A stretch of 54,858 nucleotides of DNA, taken from an uncultured Oligoflexia bacterium. GTDB lineage: Bacteria > Bdellovibrionota > UBA1018 > CAYHWW01. Below the pieces are notes generated by a model. It saw only the letters and a program-made list of their open reading frames with translations. It searched no databases and had not been told where the DNA came from. The position numbers and the translations under genes were made by a program. Each line of letters opens with the position of its first letter. Positions within the stretch are counted from its first letter, which is position 1. Shown piece by piece: positions 1 through 9,729 of this stretch. Where the stretch lies: contig CAYHWW010000004.1 of assembly GCA_964360145.1 (NCBI GenBank), positions 1 to 54,858 of the forward strand. The letters run 5' to 3'.

Positions 1-773
1 CTCTTATTACTGGTTACGATGAACGCACGCTCCAGCGCGTAGAGATATATCGAAGCAACTATCCCCAGCTTGACAGGTTCATCGCCAACCCTCTCGCCCC
101 CATTGAGGGGATATCGGTAATCTCAATGACTTACTTCATGGATAACTACCTTGAGTTTTGTGAGCATGGCATGCGAACCTTACCAAATCATCAAAGCCAC
201 TGCAGAGACTATGCTGCGTGGCAGGCGCGGCTTGCAGCTTTCAGTGATGAGGATCTGGTGCTATTTTTGAATCGTTACCATGCTGGCAGGCTAGGCCCTA
301 GTAACGAAACACTCTTGTCTGATCCTGACTCTGAGTTTCATCGCAGGATCGTAAGGGCGATGCCCTTTCTCACAGACCCCGCCCAAGTGACCTACGAGAT
401 CGCTCGGCCCTTTCCCCAGGGCCATGGCAACCAAGCTGCAACAGCGGGCTTAATGACAACAAGCGCTCGTCATACGCTTTCACCCAACGTTTATTATCGC
501 GCAAGAGTCATCTACCATGACAACGCAGAGCATCGCCGAGCCATGCTCCGTCAATTTCCTCCCCCATACCCTGCGACTTATTGCGGAAATCCAGCCGATA
601 AGGCCTCCCTTCCTAACTATCCATCCCTGCTGCAAGACATCGTGGCTTATATCCAATCCAGTGCATATGCTGGAAGCGATAGCAGAGAGCGTGCACTGTA
701 TTATTGCCTACACCCCTGGGGAATAGACCCTACCACCACCCCGGACCTCGCCCGCGCTATCCGGGTGCTCTGA
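1..773 (+). CDS. hypothetical protein, 5'-truncated by window edge
   Basis: Frame of ORF 126..773 stays open back to position 3 (LITGYDERTLQRVE...ISVISMTYF); no recognisable family. Confidence 0.6.
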   Translation, partial: LITGYDERTLQRVEIYRSNYPQLDRFIANPLAPIEGISVISMTYFMDNYLEFCEHGMRTLPNHQSHCRDYAAWQARLAAFSDEDLVLFLNRYHAGRLGPSNETLLSDPDSEFHRRIVRAMPFLTDPAQVTYEIARPFPQGHGNQAATAGLMTTSARHTLSPNVYYRARVIYHDNAEHRRAMLRQFPPPYPATYCGNPADKASLPNYPSLLQDIVAYIQSSAYAGSDSRERALYYCLHPWGIDPTTTPDLARAIRVL

Positions 774-787
774 CCCGGCTTCGGGCC

Positions 788-1156
788 CTAATGCAGATGA
801 GCGACGTCGTCGCCGCTCTGTTCCTCGGCGTAGGTGAACTCCAGCTCCTTGCCGTTCTTCTTGACGTTGACGATCCACATTTTACCCCGCGCCAACGTGA
901 AGACATCTGAGTCGAGGCGCAAGAAAAGCTTAAGAGGGTCATCATCGTCGGATTGCACTTTCAAAAGCCCTGAAGCCAGCAGGCGGTTCTGGAGCATTTC
1001 CGGGGAGACAAAATCCTTGCTGAGCTTGCGGCGGTAATCGTCCAGCTGGAAATAAACTTCGGGCTGGTAGGCGAACAAAGTCGACAGCCAGTTCTTGAGG
1101 ATGTTTGATAGAGACATCTTCTGCAGCGAGGCTTCCATGCCAGTTGAGTTTTCCAT
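788..1156 (-). CDS. hypothetical protein
   Basis: 122-aa ORF with AGAGGA RBS upstream; protein-like composition; convergent with previous gene. Confidence 0.65.
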   Translation of the reverse strand: MENSTGMEASLQKMSLSNILKNWLSTLFAYQPEVYFQLDDYRRKLSKDFVSPEMLQNRLLASGLLKVQSDDDDPLKLFLRLDSDVFTLARGKMWIVNVKKNGKELEFTYAEEQSGDDVAHLH

Positions 1157-1240
1157 GAGGGTGTCCTCTTCTCATACTCAGGGTCTCGCTGCTTTCAGCG
1201 TGATGCAAGACCTGTCCTGAAATAAAGTCCACCTATCAAT

Positions 1241-3073
1241 ATGAGATCAAACATGAAACGGCTCGTGCTTGCCGCTGGGGTGATGCTTCTGCTGCTCGGT
1301 GCAGTCACCTTTTTCGTGCGGCGCGTAACAGCTCTGCAGGCGGCCCGCTTCATCGTGGAAAAAGCGGGGCTTCCCGTGAACCTTCGCTCTGCCCATTGGG
1401 ACGCGACATGGAGTGGACTGCGACGGGGCGAGGTGCCCCGCGTGCAAGTATCCGGCAATGTATCAGACGTTCTCTCTTTCGACCTGGATACACCGGTACG
1501 GTTCAGGTGGCACAAGGAACATCTCTCCTTGATGCTGGGCCCGGACATGCAGCTCTCCGTCCATCTCCCAAACCTCAAAGCAGCGGTGGAAGCAAAGGGT
1601 CAGATGGATTTGGACATCGCCAAAAACATGCTCTCCCTCCGGTGGACTCTCACCTCCACTAAAACCATCGAGCATGATTTTGGTGCGGCACAAATCGCAC
1701 TGGATGGCCCATCCACCACTGGATCACTCACGTCGGCAAATGGCCTCGTCAAATATGATGTCACTCTCCATAGCGTCGGTACCCAGGGCCTTTGGGAACA
1801 GCGCTTTATCGACGTTGGGCCTCTCTCCATCACCGCTCAAGGCGAGGGGCCACTGCCCAAAGTAATTTTCCAGATGAAAACACCATGGCCCGTGACGGGG
1901 TCCGCAACCTACCGCAACGGTTCGTGGACAGCCGAGCTTAGCGGCCGCCTCGACGCGGCTCACCTCAAGAAGGTTCTCCCAGACGCCGTTCAGGGCAAGG
2001 GCGCTTTGACCTTTTCCGCCCTGCTTGATCCAGCAGGCCTGAGAAACGCGAAGCTGCGGGGGCACTTCAAAGAAGTAAAACTGGGACCATTGACCTGTGA
2101 AAGCATGCGCCTCACAGGAACCGCACGGAGTGTTCCCAAAATTTCCATCGCCATTGAGGCCACTCAGCCCATCACCTGCACGGCCCCATCCCCACTCGGT
2201 GGGGTGTTGCATTGGAGCAAAGTCAGTGTCTCCCTTCGTGATGGTGTCATGCAGGCCCATGGCTCTCTGCGCGGTGAAGGCTTCACTCTTGCCGGCATGC
2301 AACGAGCATTTTGCATCCTACCCAAGAAGCCGCTACCGGGGCCCGTGGAGTTCCACTACCCAGAAATCGAAATCAAGGGATCCAGTCTTTCAGCCCAGGG
2401 TGCGCTGCACGCCTCTCTTTGGGGTGGCCAGCTCGCCCTGGGCAACATCAACGCCCGGTGGAGCGACGTTTCTCGGGCAGATTTTTCCGCGTCACTTTCC
2501 AACGCTGACCTCAAAGTAATCTCTGATTGGCTGGATTTCGGCCAAGTCACCGGGCGCCTGGACATCGTCGCGGAGAACACTGAAGTCGCCATTACAGGGT
2601 TGGGCACACTGCCCCTCCAATATGACTTTTCAATCAAGGGCGGCAGCGAAGGCGGTCGGCGACTCAACTTTTCCGCGGAAGCCCTGGATAACCTCATGGA
2701 CATGATGGGCGTCAAGGACGCCGCGTCAAATCCCATGGCATCCTTCGCCTTCAAAGCCTGGCGCTTCTTTGGCGGTGTCTTCGGCTTCATGAATAACATG
2801 GATTATTTCGGGTTCAGGGCACGCACACAGCGTGGTTTCACTACGTTGACGACCTTCGATCCGCTGGGAGCAAAAAATCATTACTTAATCCATGGCATCT
2901 CCTTTAAAATGCCCATCAAGTCCACTGGTGGCGATGGGGACATCTACCCCATCATCATGAAGACCGGAGACTTCCAGTCTTGGCTCTGGGCCCGGGTGGC
3001 CTGGTTCAAATCGAGAAACAAGGAGAGCGCCCATGAAAAAAGCGATTCTGAAGAGTGCGTCCCGCTATTTTAA
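1241..3073 (+). CDS. YdbH/AsmA-like intermembrane (lipid-transfer) protein
   Basis: N-terminal TM anchor, long alternating beta-strand pattern, immediately upstream of YnbE/YdbL-like gene. Confidence 0.55.
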   Translation: MRSNMKRLVLAAGVMLLLLGAVTFFVRRVTALQAARFIVEKAGLPVNLRSAHWDATWSGLRRGEVPRVQVSGNVSDVLSFDLDTPVRFRWHKEHLSLMLGPDMQLSVHLPNLKAAVEAKGQMDLDIAKNMLSLRWTLTSTKTIEHDFGAAQIALDGPSTTGSLTSANGLVKYDVTLHSVGTQGLWEQRFIDVGPLSITAQGEGPLPKVIFQMKTPWPVTGSATYRNGSWTAELSGRLDAAHLKKVLPDAVQGKGALTFSALLDPAGLRNAKLRGHFKEVKLGPLTCESMRLTGTARSVPKISIAIEATQPITCTAPSPLGGVLHWSKVSVSLRDGVMQAHGSLRGEGFTLAGMQRAFCILPKKPLPGPVEFHYPEIEIKGSSLSAQGALHASLWGGQLALGNINARWSDVSRADFSASLSNADLKVISDWLDFGQVTGRLDIVAENTEVAITGLGTLPLQYDFSIKGGSEGGRRLNFSAEALDNLMDMMGVKDAASNPMASFAFKAWRFFGGVFGFMNNMDYFGFRARTQRGFTTLTTFDPLGAKNHYLIHGISFKMPIKSTGGDGDIYPIIMKTGDFQSWLWARVAWFKSRNKESAHEKSDSEECVPLF

Positions 3074-3641
3074 GAGCGCAGCTCTCTTATCGACACTGCT
3101 GGGGGCTGCCGCCTGCATCACCGTCAACGTGTACTTCCCGGAAGGGGCCGTGCAGCGCGCTGCCGACGATTTTGTGAAGGATCTCTACGAGAAAACACCG
3201 AAACAACAGGGCCCCGCCGGCGCCACCAAGCCCAGCCCTGGCGCATCGCTCATGGAGCACCTGCTTTTGCCCTACGCCCATGCAGCGGATGAAATCACGA
3301 CAAATACCCCCACCGCCCAAGCCATCAAAGCCCGCATGGCCGCACGGGTTGGAGATCTTTCCGCATTTAAAACCAAGGGCGTCATCGGTGAAACCAATGA
3401 CGGCAACGTGATTGTCAAGGATGCGGCGGGTTTGGCCCTTAAAGACCGCGCCGCGGTGGAAAAACTAATCACAGCGGAAAACCAGGACCGCGCCACCCTT
3501 TATGATGAAGTGCAGAGGACGAACCAACTCAATGATCGTGGTCAAACCAAGATCCGCCACACCTTCTCTAAAGCCTTCCAAGAACACTCCCCCGCGGGCA
3601 CATGGGTGCAGGGTGAATCTGGCGGCTGGAACAGAAAGTAA
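3033..3641 (+). CDS. YnbE-like lipoprotein fused to YdbL/DUF1318 domain
   Basis: Lipobox LGAAA-C, CITVNVYFPE motif, then K.KGVIGE.NDG...EN.DR..LY...G.WVQ...G.W typical of DUF1318. Confidence 0.75.
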   Translation: MKKAILKSASRYFKSAALLSTLLGAAACITVNVYFPEGAVQRAADDFVKDLYEKTPKQQGPAGATKPSPGASLMEHLLLPYAHAADEITTNTPTAQAIKARMAARVGDLSAFKTKGVIGETNDGNVIVKDAAGLALKDRAAVEKLITAENQDRATLYDEVQRTNQLNDRGQTKIRHTFSKAFQEHSPAGTWVQGESGGWNRK

Positions 3642-3657
3642 GGGTTAGGGATCGCAC

Positions 3658-4356
3658 ATGAATAAATCCGTGGCGGTGGTGTTCACCAAATACAAATCCT
3701 TGCTCACGCGCCTGAAAAAGCGCGCACCGCTCTCCTTGGCTATGATGGCATGCTTGCTGCCCTTTCCTTTGGTGGCCTCTGGGGAAAAGAGCGTCAATGG
3801 CACCCCTGCTCATGTGGCACTGGTGTATCTGTCTTTGAGCGCCCTATTCGCGGCCTTCGCCCTGCAAGTCTATTACAGCGGCTCGATCATCGAAGATGCT
3901 CTTTCTAAAACCATCGGCGAAAAACCCCCGGCCTGGAAGAAGTTCCTGCGGCACTTGCCCGGCAATCTCATTCTCTCCATGGCACTGGAGGCAGCAGGTC
4001 TAGTGCCATTTTTCTTCACCGGTTATATGAAAAACGAACGCGGTGCTGGCCCCACGGCCCTTGTGTTGGGGCAGATGGTGATGGCCATCCCTTTGTTCGC
4101 TTTATCCGTGGAGCTCTGGTTCCGCTATTTTCGATGGCATGGCCTGCGCTGCATCACTCAGCCCATGGAACGCAAAGCATTTCTCAAGCGCTACAAGGCG
4201 CCGGTACTCGCTCTGCTACTGGTATTTCTGCCCATGGCGGCTCTCCCGGAGTGGGGGTGGGGCCTGGCGGTTGCCTCTGTCGCTACCACTGCGGTGACCG
4301 TGACTCTCCTGGAATGCCTGGGTCTGGAACTTGAGCGGCTGGTAGCCCAACAGTGA
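3658..4356 (+). CDS. integral membrane protein
   Basis: 232 aa, several hydrophobic segments, co-oriented in operon. Confidence 0.6.
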   Translation: MNKSVAVVFTKYKSLLTRLKKRAPLSLAMMACLLPFPLVASGEKSVNGTPAHVALVYLSLSALFAAFALQVYYSGSIIEDALSKTIGEKPPAWKKFLRHLPGNLILSMALEAAGLVPFFFTGYMKNERGAGPTALVLGQMVMAIPLFALSVELWFRYFRWHGLRCITQPMERKAFLKRYKAPVLALLLVFLPMAALPEWGWGLAVASVATTAVTVTLLECLGLELERLVAQQ

Positions 4357-5336
4357 CCCGAGGGCAGCGCGTTTTTCACTTCAGTCCCCTTGATCTCACG
4401 CAGACCGGCGGCGTGGAGATGCACATCAATAGGCTCGTCTCGGAATGCCCCGCCTTCGGTTGGCCCGCATCTGCAGGCCTGGAGCCCCAACAAGATTTTT
4501 GGGCTGACGGTGGCCCTCGGTTGCTGCACTCCCACGGAGATCGCATTCCCCCGTGGCGGCTCATCGAACGGTTCGGCATGAGATCCTGGGTTCATACGCT
4601 CCACGGTACCTCCAGCGGCAGAGCCCTCGCATGTCATGAAATCTTTGGCCTTCGTAATTATCTTTCCGCCGCGAAAGAAGCGCTGCCATGCTGGTTCGCC
4701 GCTGGCATCATCTGCGTCTCGCCCGCTGTACATGAACAAGCACGACGTCACTTCGCCATGCCTTCCTGGCGCCATTTTTCAGTCATACCCAATGGCGCGG
4801 ACAATCCCAGCGGGGATGGCGCGCTCTATGCCGCATACAAGCCCTACGTACTCTTTCTGGGGCGAGGCGATGATCGCGTTAAGAACGCGCAGGGTCTCAT
4901 CGCTGCCTGGCAAAAAACGCGCATGACGAATCCGTCTGCCCACCTCCTCGTCGCGCCCTCTCGCGGCTTTCCTAAAGATGAAGAACGCATCGTGGCCTTT
5001 GACACCATCACAACACGGGAGAAATCTTCTCTCATTTCTGGGGCGGCGGCTGTGGTGATCCCCTCATTCTACGAGGCTGACTCCATCGTCGCATGGGAGG
5101 CCATGGCCCACGGCACACCCGTCATCGCATCCGCGTCCATCGGTGTACGACCATTTTTGGAGCGCTACGGCGCCCACACCTTCATTGAACCCCGGAATGA
5201 AACCGCCTTGGCCGCGGCCCTTGCTTCAGCCCTTGCCCCGTCTGCCGTTGCTCGCACTACGCCGCTTCTCAGAAGCTGGAGCGACGTTGCTAAAGAAACG
5301 ACGGTATTCTATGCAACGCTTAGCAAAGGTTGCTGA
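4353..5336 (+). CDS. glycosyltransferase family 4
   Basis: GGVE N-terminal motif, VIPNG, PSFYE..(E)AMAHGTPVI. Confidence 0.85.
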   Translation: MTRGQRVFHFSPLDLTQTGGVEMHINRLVSECPAFGWPASAGLEPQQDFWADGGPRLLHSHGDRIPPWRLIERFGMRSWVHTLHGTSSGRALACHEIFGLRNYLSAAKEALPCWFAAGIICVSPAVHEQARRHFAMPSWRHFSVIPNGADNPSGDGALYAAYKPYVLFLGRGDDRVKNAQGLIAAWQKTRMTNPSAHLLVAPSRGFPKDEERIVAFDTITTREKSSLISGAAAVVIPSFYEADSIVAWEAMAHGTPVIASASIGVRPFLERYGAHTFIEPRNETALAAALASALAPSAVARTTPLLRSWSDVAKETTVFYATLSKGC

Positions 5337-6462
5337 GAAATTTCTCGAGGGCTTGTACCCGGTGCGTCCATCCCCGTTCGCGGGCCCAGATGACCCCAGC
5401 AAGACGTCGCTCCGTAGTCGTGGGGCCAGAGGTGAGTTCACGCAGCAATTCCTCAAGGGACGCCGCCGCCGCGGGCTCATCACCGGCTGGAGTCAACCAC
5501 GCAGCCTCCGGCGGCAGCCTCAAAGAAGCGGTGTACTGCCCCTCCGTGGCCCAAACCGCGGCACCGCAGGAACAGGCGGAGAGAAACGTGGATCTGCGCT
5601 CAGAGAGCCCTTGTTCGAAGGGCAGGACAACCGCATCAGCAGCGATAAGAATATCTTTGTAAAGCTCATCAGGCGCTTCGGGCAACCAAAAGAAGCGGTT
5701 CCCCAATGCGGCTCTGAACTTCGTGATGCGCTCATCAGCAAACTGTCGATCCCGCTCTTTCGGGCCTAGCCCGCCCATGAGGAGAAAGCGGAACGGCGCG
5801 GCGCGCCCCGACGTGGCGCCACACCAGCGCTCAAGAAACTCAATGCCCTTGCCCGCTGTGATCATCCCGCCATGAACGAGGAGTGGACCGCTGCCTTCGG
5901 AGATAAATTTTCCAACCACGTGACTTGCCAAGCGTGCCCGCGCCTTATCCCTCTCCGACTCCAAGGTGGTCGCCGTGGGCAATGAGAATAAAGCTTCATT
6001 CCAAAGAGTCGGCCCCAGGGGATACCTGAGAAATGGCTTACCCCAAGACGCGATGAACCCCTCGTCCGCCTGCGTGTTCACCAATAACCCATGGGCCAGC
6101 TGGGCCGCCATAAAGGCGCGCATGCGCCAATGGACAGGGGCCTCCGAATATTCGTGAATATTGAGCAGCAGCCTGCTGCGGGGCGCACGCACACGAAGGG
6201 CTGCCATGGTGACGAGGGCGTTCCAGGGTTTGCGACGCTCAAAAAGGGATGGCATGTGAATAAGAATGTAAGGTGGCGCACCGCCAGGGGGCAGCATCGG
6301 GTAACGCCAGGTTCCTTCATCCGGCTCTATGAAGTTTACCTTCCAGCCCGCGGCCTCGAAACCAGCCCCCTCAGCACGGGCAAAGGCGCCCACGGAGCAA
6401 ACCTTGGTTCGGGGTGACCCGATGGCTATGCCGACGTGGCGGGAATGCTGGTGGCTGTTCAT
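5320..6462 (-). CDS. glycosyltransferase (GT-B/GT4-like)
   Basis: NIHEY, GKGIE, ADAVVLPF..G.S.RRS motifs. Confidence 0.75.
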   Translation of the reverse strand: MNSHQHSRHVGIAIGSPRTKVCSVGAFARAEGAGFEAAGWKVNFIEPDEGTWRYPMLPPGGAPPYILIHMPSLFERRKPWNALVTMAALRVRAPRSRLLLNIHEYSEAPVHWRMRAFMAAQLAHGLLVNTQADEGFIASWGKPFLRYPLGPTLWNEALFSLPTATTLESERDKARARLASHVVGKFISEGSGPLLVHGGMITAGKGIEFLERWCGATSGRAAPFRFLLMGGLGPKERDRQFADERITKFRAALGNRFFWLPEAPDELYKDILIAADAVVLPFEQGLSERRSTFLSACSCGAAVWATEGQYTASLRLPPEAAWLTPAGDEPAAAASLEELLRELTSGPTTTERRLAGVIWARERGWTHRVQALEKFLSNLC

Positions 6463-7520
6463 AGATAGCGCGGGAGGCGCTCCCGGTAGAAATCCACTGT
6501 AGTCTTCAGGCCTTCATCGAATGTGATACGCGGCGTCCAACCCAGTATTCTCTGGGCCTCAGAGGAATCCGCGACGAAATCACCGGTTTCGATGGCCTTT
6601 CGTTCCTTGGGCCAGGGCACCATTTCCACATGCCCCTTACCAACAGCGGCGACGACCTTGTGCGCGCAATCCACAAAACGCTCTGGGCGCCCGGAGGCCA
6701 CATTGAACACAGCATAGGGCACATGCTCGCCCGTGAGTCGATGACGGCCCGGTTTACCGTTGTCAGGCAACGCAACAGCATACAAACCAGCGGCCATGAA
6801 AGCATCCACGGCATCATCGATGTAGAGATAGTCCCGCAACTGCTCCCCAGTACCGAACACTTTGATCGGCTTGCCCTGCAAGCAAAGGCTCACGAACCAG
6901 TTCAGGATGCCGTACTTGCCGTGGCGCATTTGATGCCGGGGCCCAAAAGAATTTGTGAGCCGCACGGACACGGAGGGAATGCCGTGAACCCGGGCATACA
7001 CGGCACCGTAGTATTCTGAGGCCATTTTGTTGACGCCGTAGACATCAACAGGGTTTGGCAAAACGGTTTCAGTGGCGGGGCTTTGCAGCGGCGCCCCCAC
7101 GACGGCTCGTGTGCTTACGTAGACTACGGCGGGGGTCTTGCCCCCATTGCCAATGGCCGTCTTGCACCCCTCCAAGAGAGACAACGTCCCTTCGCAATTG
7201 AAACGAAGGTCCAGCCAGGGATCGACCATGGAGTCCACATGGGAACACTGTGCCGCGGAGTGGAAAATCACGTCGGCCGCCGAGGCAAGCTCCGCCATGA
7301 GGGCACGATCCGTGATGTCGCCCCGCACGACGCGGACCGCTTCGCGAAACCCATCGAAGTTGGCGTCATTGGCACCATAATCAGGGTGGTAGTTGTCCAG
7401 GATGGTGACCTGGGCCCCCTGTTTCACCAAACCTGCCGCGAGGTTGCTGCCAACAAAGCCGGCTCCGCCGGTGATGAGCACATTACGCCGGGCCCATTGA
7501 CCCGCAATTCCTGTGGACAT
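6459..7520 (-). CDS. NAD-dependent epimerase/dehydratase
   Basis: GGAGFVG Rossmann motif, YGVNK (YxxxK), GPR, RDYLYIDD. Confidence 0.92.
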   Translation of the reverse strand: MSTGIAGQWARRNVLITGGAGFVGSNLAAGLVKQGAQVTILDNYHPDYGANDANFDGFREAVRVVRGDITDRALMAELASAADVIFHSAAQCSHVDSMVDPWLDLRFNCEGTLSLLEGCKTAIGNGGKTPAVVYVSTRAVVGAPLQSPATETVLPNPVDVYGVNKMASEYYGAVYARVHGIPSVSVRLTNSFGPRHQMRHGKYGILNWFVSLCLQGKPIKVFGTGEQLRDYLYIDDAVDAFMAAGLYAVALPDNGKPGRHRLTGEHVPYAVFNVASGRPERFVDCAHKVVAAVGKGHVEMVPWPKERKAIETGDFVADSSEAQRILGWTPRITFDEGLKTTVDFYRERLPRYL

Positions 7521-7555
7521 AGACCACGGTTGTAGCACAGTCTGAATTTGTTCTC

Positions 7556-8605
7556 ATGCGCCATCTCCTGGTCATCAAACTGGCTGCCATCGGCGACGTG
7601 ACCATCGCCACCCAGGCGCTGGCCAGCCGCGGCGGCGCTCTCAAATCCGGATCCTGGACCGTGCATTGGATCCTGGATCACGGACTTGTCCCCTATGCTC
7701 GGGCGCTCCACGAAGAACTTGGCCTACCCGTGCGGTACTACGGGATCAACTCCGCGGCGCTATTCCGCGGCAGCAAGATCCGACAAATATGGGAAGCCCT
7801 ACGCGTGGCTGCCATTGTGCGTTTTATCCGCCCAGATATGGCGGCAGTGCTCCACCGCGACGACCGCTATGCACGTCTGTTGAAATTGGCAGGGGTCCAG
7901 CGCATGGAGCTTATGCCAAGGAAGACCGCTCGGGAGTCCGGCGCCATGGAGGCTCTTTTCGAACGCCTCGGGTTGGTGGCTGATACTCCTGAAACGGTCG
8001 GCGTCGTGGCAACCACAAAAAACAGCTGTCGCCGGAAACTGCGCATCGGCATTCTCGTCGGCGGGGGCCGCAACCAGAAAGTGCTGTACCGCGAAAAGAC
8101 CTGGCCCCACTTTGGGGATCTCGCGCTAATACTGGCCCGTTCAGGCCGTTATGAGATCTCCCTCTTTGGCGCATCTGAAGATCGCGCGGCCGCTGATGAA
8201 ATCATGGAGCGCCTGGAGAAGGAAATGCCCCATGAGGCTTCGGCCTATGATTTCGTAGGGGCCCTTATGCTTGAACAGCTTCCAGGGGCCATCCGCCAAC
8301 TGGACGCCTTGCTGAGCGTAGACACGGGGCCCGCTCACTTGGCTGCTTTACTCTTCGATAAGCCCCACCAACGGGTTTTCACCCTCTTTGGGCCCACGGA
8401 CCCTGAGGTGTGGGCTCCCACTCCTCGTGGCCCGGCTCGAGTCGTAGTCCTAACTCAAAAGCTTGAGTGTGCCCCCTGCTACAAAAATGACGGAGCCTTC
8501 ACCACCTGCCGCTTCAGTGGACGGGAGTTCGCTAAGTGCATGACTGAACTCAATGCCGTGGATGTCTACACCACCATGGATCGAGAACTCACCCAGCCGT
8601 CTTAA
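7556..8605 (+). CDS. glycosyltransferase family 9 (heptosyltransferase-like)
   Basis: LAAIGD start motif, DTGPAHLAA, LFGPT, C-terminal CAPC. Confidence 0.88.
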   Translation: MRHLLVIKLAAIGDVTIATQALASRGGALKSGSWTVHWILDHGLVPYARALHEELGLPVRYYGINSAALFRGSKIRQIWEALRVAAIVRFIRPDMAAVLHRDDRYARLLKLAGVQRMELMPRKTARESGAMEALFERLGLVADTPETVGVVATTKNSCRRKLRIGILVGGGRNQKVLYREKTWPHFGDLALILARSGRYEISLFGASEDRAAADEIMERLEKEMPHEASAYDFVGALMLEQLPGAIRQLDALLSVDTGPAHLAALLFDKPHQRVFTLFGPTDPEVWAPTPRGPARVVVLTQKLECAPCYKNDGAFTTCRFSGREFAKCMTELNAVDVYTTMDRELTQPS

Positions 8606-9626
8606 GGTTTTTCCAGTTGATGGCGTGTTTGCGAATTTTCTCAGTTAGAGAAACCTTGTTCAGCCCTATTTGACGGCTGGTGCGGTTGATCTGCCCGCCA
8701 CAGACCCGCAGCAAATGCTCTAGGTACATGCGCTCGAAGCAGTCCTTCGTCGCGTGATAGCTCATATGAATGGGAAGCTCCAACTTACCGATGACTGGCG
8801 AAGTCTCTACGCTGTCTTCATGCTTCATGAGTTCCTCCTGAATGGCTTTCGAACCGATGGCTGTATGCGCCCTTACCACGCGAGGCAGTGACGCTGCCCG
8901 AAGGACGGTTGTAGACTCAACACCACATGCAAACTCCATGGCGTTTTCCAGCTCCCGAATATTGCCCGGCCACGAATAAGCGACGAGGAGCCATTCCGCG
9001 GCGGGCTCGATTGACAGCACGGGCCGGCCCAATCGTTCGCAAATACGCGTGAGAAATGAGCGTGATAAAGATCTGATGCGGAGAGTGTCTCCACGAAGAG
9101 GGGCCATATCAATATGGAATACCTTTAAGCGATGGTAGAGATCCTCACGAAATTCGCCACGGGTAGCCGCTTTCGCCAGGTCCCTGTTGGTGGCGGCGAT
9201 GATTCGGACGTCCACCACGATCTCTCGATTGGCTCCAATGGGCACGATGCGCTTGTACTGAATGAAATCCAGCAGCTTTGCCTGCAAGCGCAGCGGGAGC
9301 TCGCCCACCTCGTCAAGAAAGAGCGTGCCACCAGCGCACGCCTCAATACGGCCCACGCGTCGGCTATCAGCACCAGTGAATGAACCTTTTTCATGGCCAA
9401 AAAGCTCGGACTCCAAAAGGCCCTCGCTGAGGGTTGCCAGATTGATCTTATGAAATCGTCCCAGACGTCTCATGGGGCTTGTCTCGTGCATGCGCAAAGC
9501 CAAGTGAGACTTGCCCGTGCCGGTGGGCCCCGTAATGAGCAGCGTTGCATCCACCGCATTGGAGGCGAGCAGTATGGTTCTGTCCTCCAGCGTAAAATCC
9601 CCAAAAGCATCCATTGCGTCGCCCAT
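8589..9626 (-). CDS. sigma54-dependent enhancer-binding protein lacking N-terminal regulatory domain
   Basis: GPTGTGKS Walker [32 protein letters not shown], Fis-type HTH; only about 25 aa before the AAA domain. Confidence 0.9.
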   Translation of the reverse strand: MGDAMDAFGDFTLEDRTILLASNAVDATLLITGPTGTGKSHLALRMHETSPMRRLGRFHKINLATLSEGLLESELFGHEKGSFTGADSRRVGRIEACAGGTLFLDEVGELPLRLQAKLLDFIQYKRIVPIGANREIVVDVRIIAATNRDLAKAATRGEFREDLYHRLKVFHIDMAPLRGDTLRIRSLSRSFLTRICERLGRPVLSIEPAAEWLLVAYSWPGNIRELENAMEFACGVESTTVLRAASLPRVVRAHTAIGSKAIQEELMKHEDSVETSPVIGKLELPIHMSYHATKDCFERMYLEHLLRVCGGQINRTSRQIGLNKVSLTEKIRKHAINWKNLKTAG

Positions 9627-9660
9627 AAATCCCCCGTGTTACAAAAGTGGGGAGGGCCTC

Positions 9661-9677
9661 AGCAATAGTCATGCCGT
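9661..9677 (-). promoter_or_regulatory. sigma54 (-24/-12) promoter for the 8589..9626 activator gene
   Basis: Minus strand CGGCATGACTATTGCT = GG-N10-GC, about 35 nt upstream of the start codon. Confidence 0.7.
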
Positions 9678-9729
9678 CGGTCAACCCCTCCACAGGAGTA
9701 GTCTCAATGCTGATTGTACGTAAAACCAA

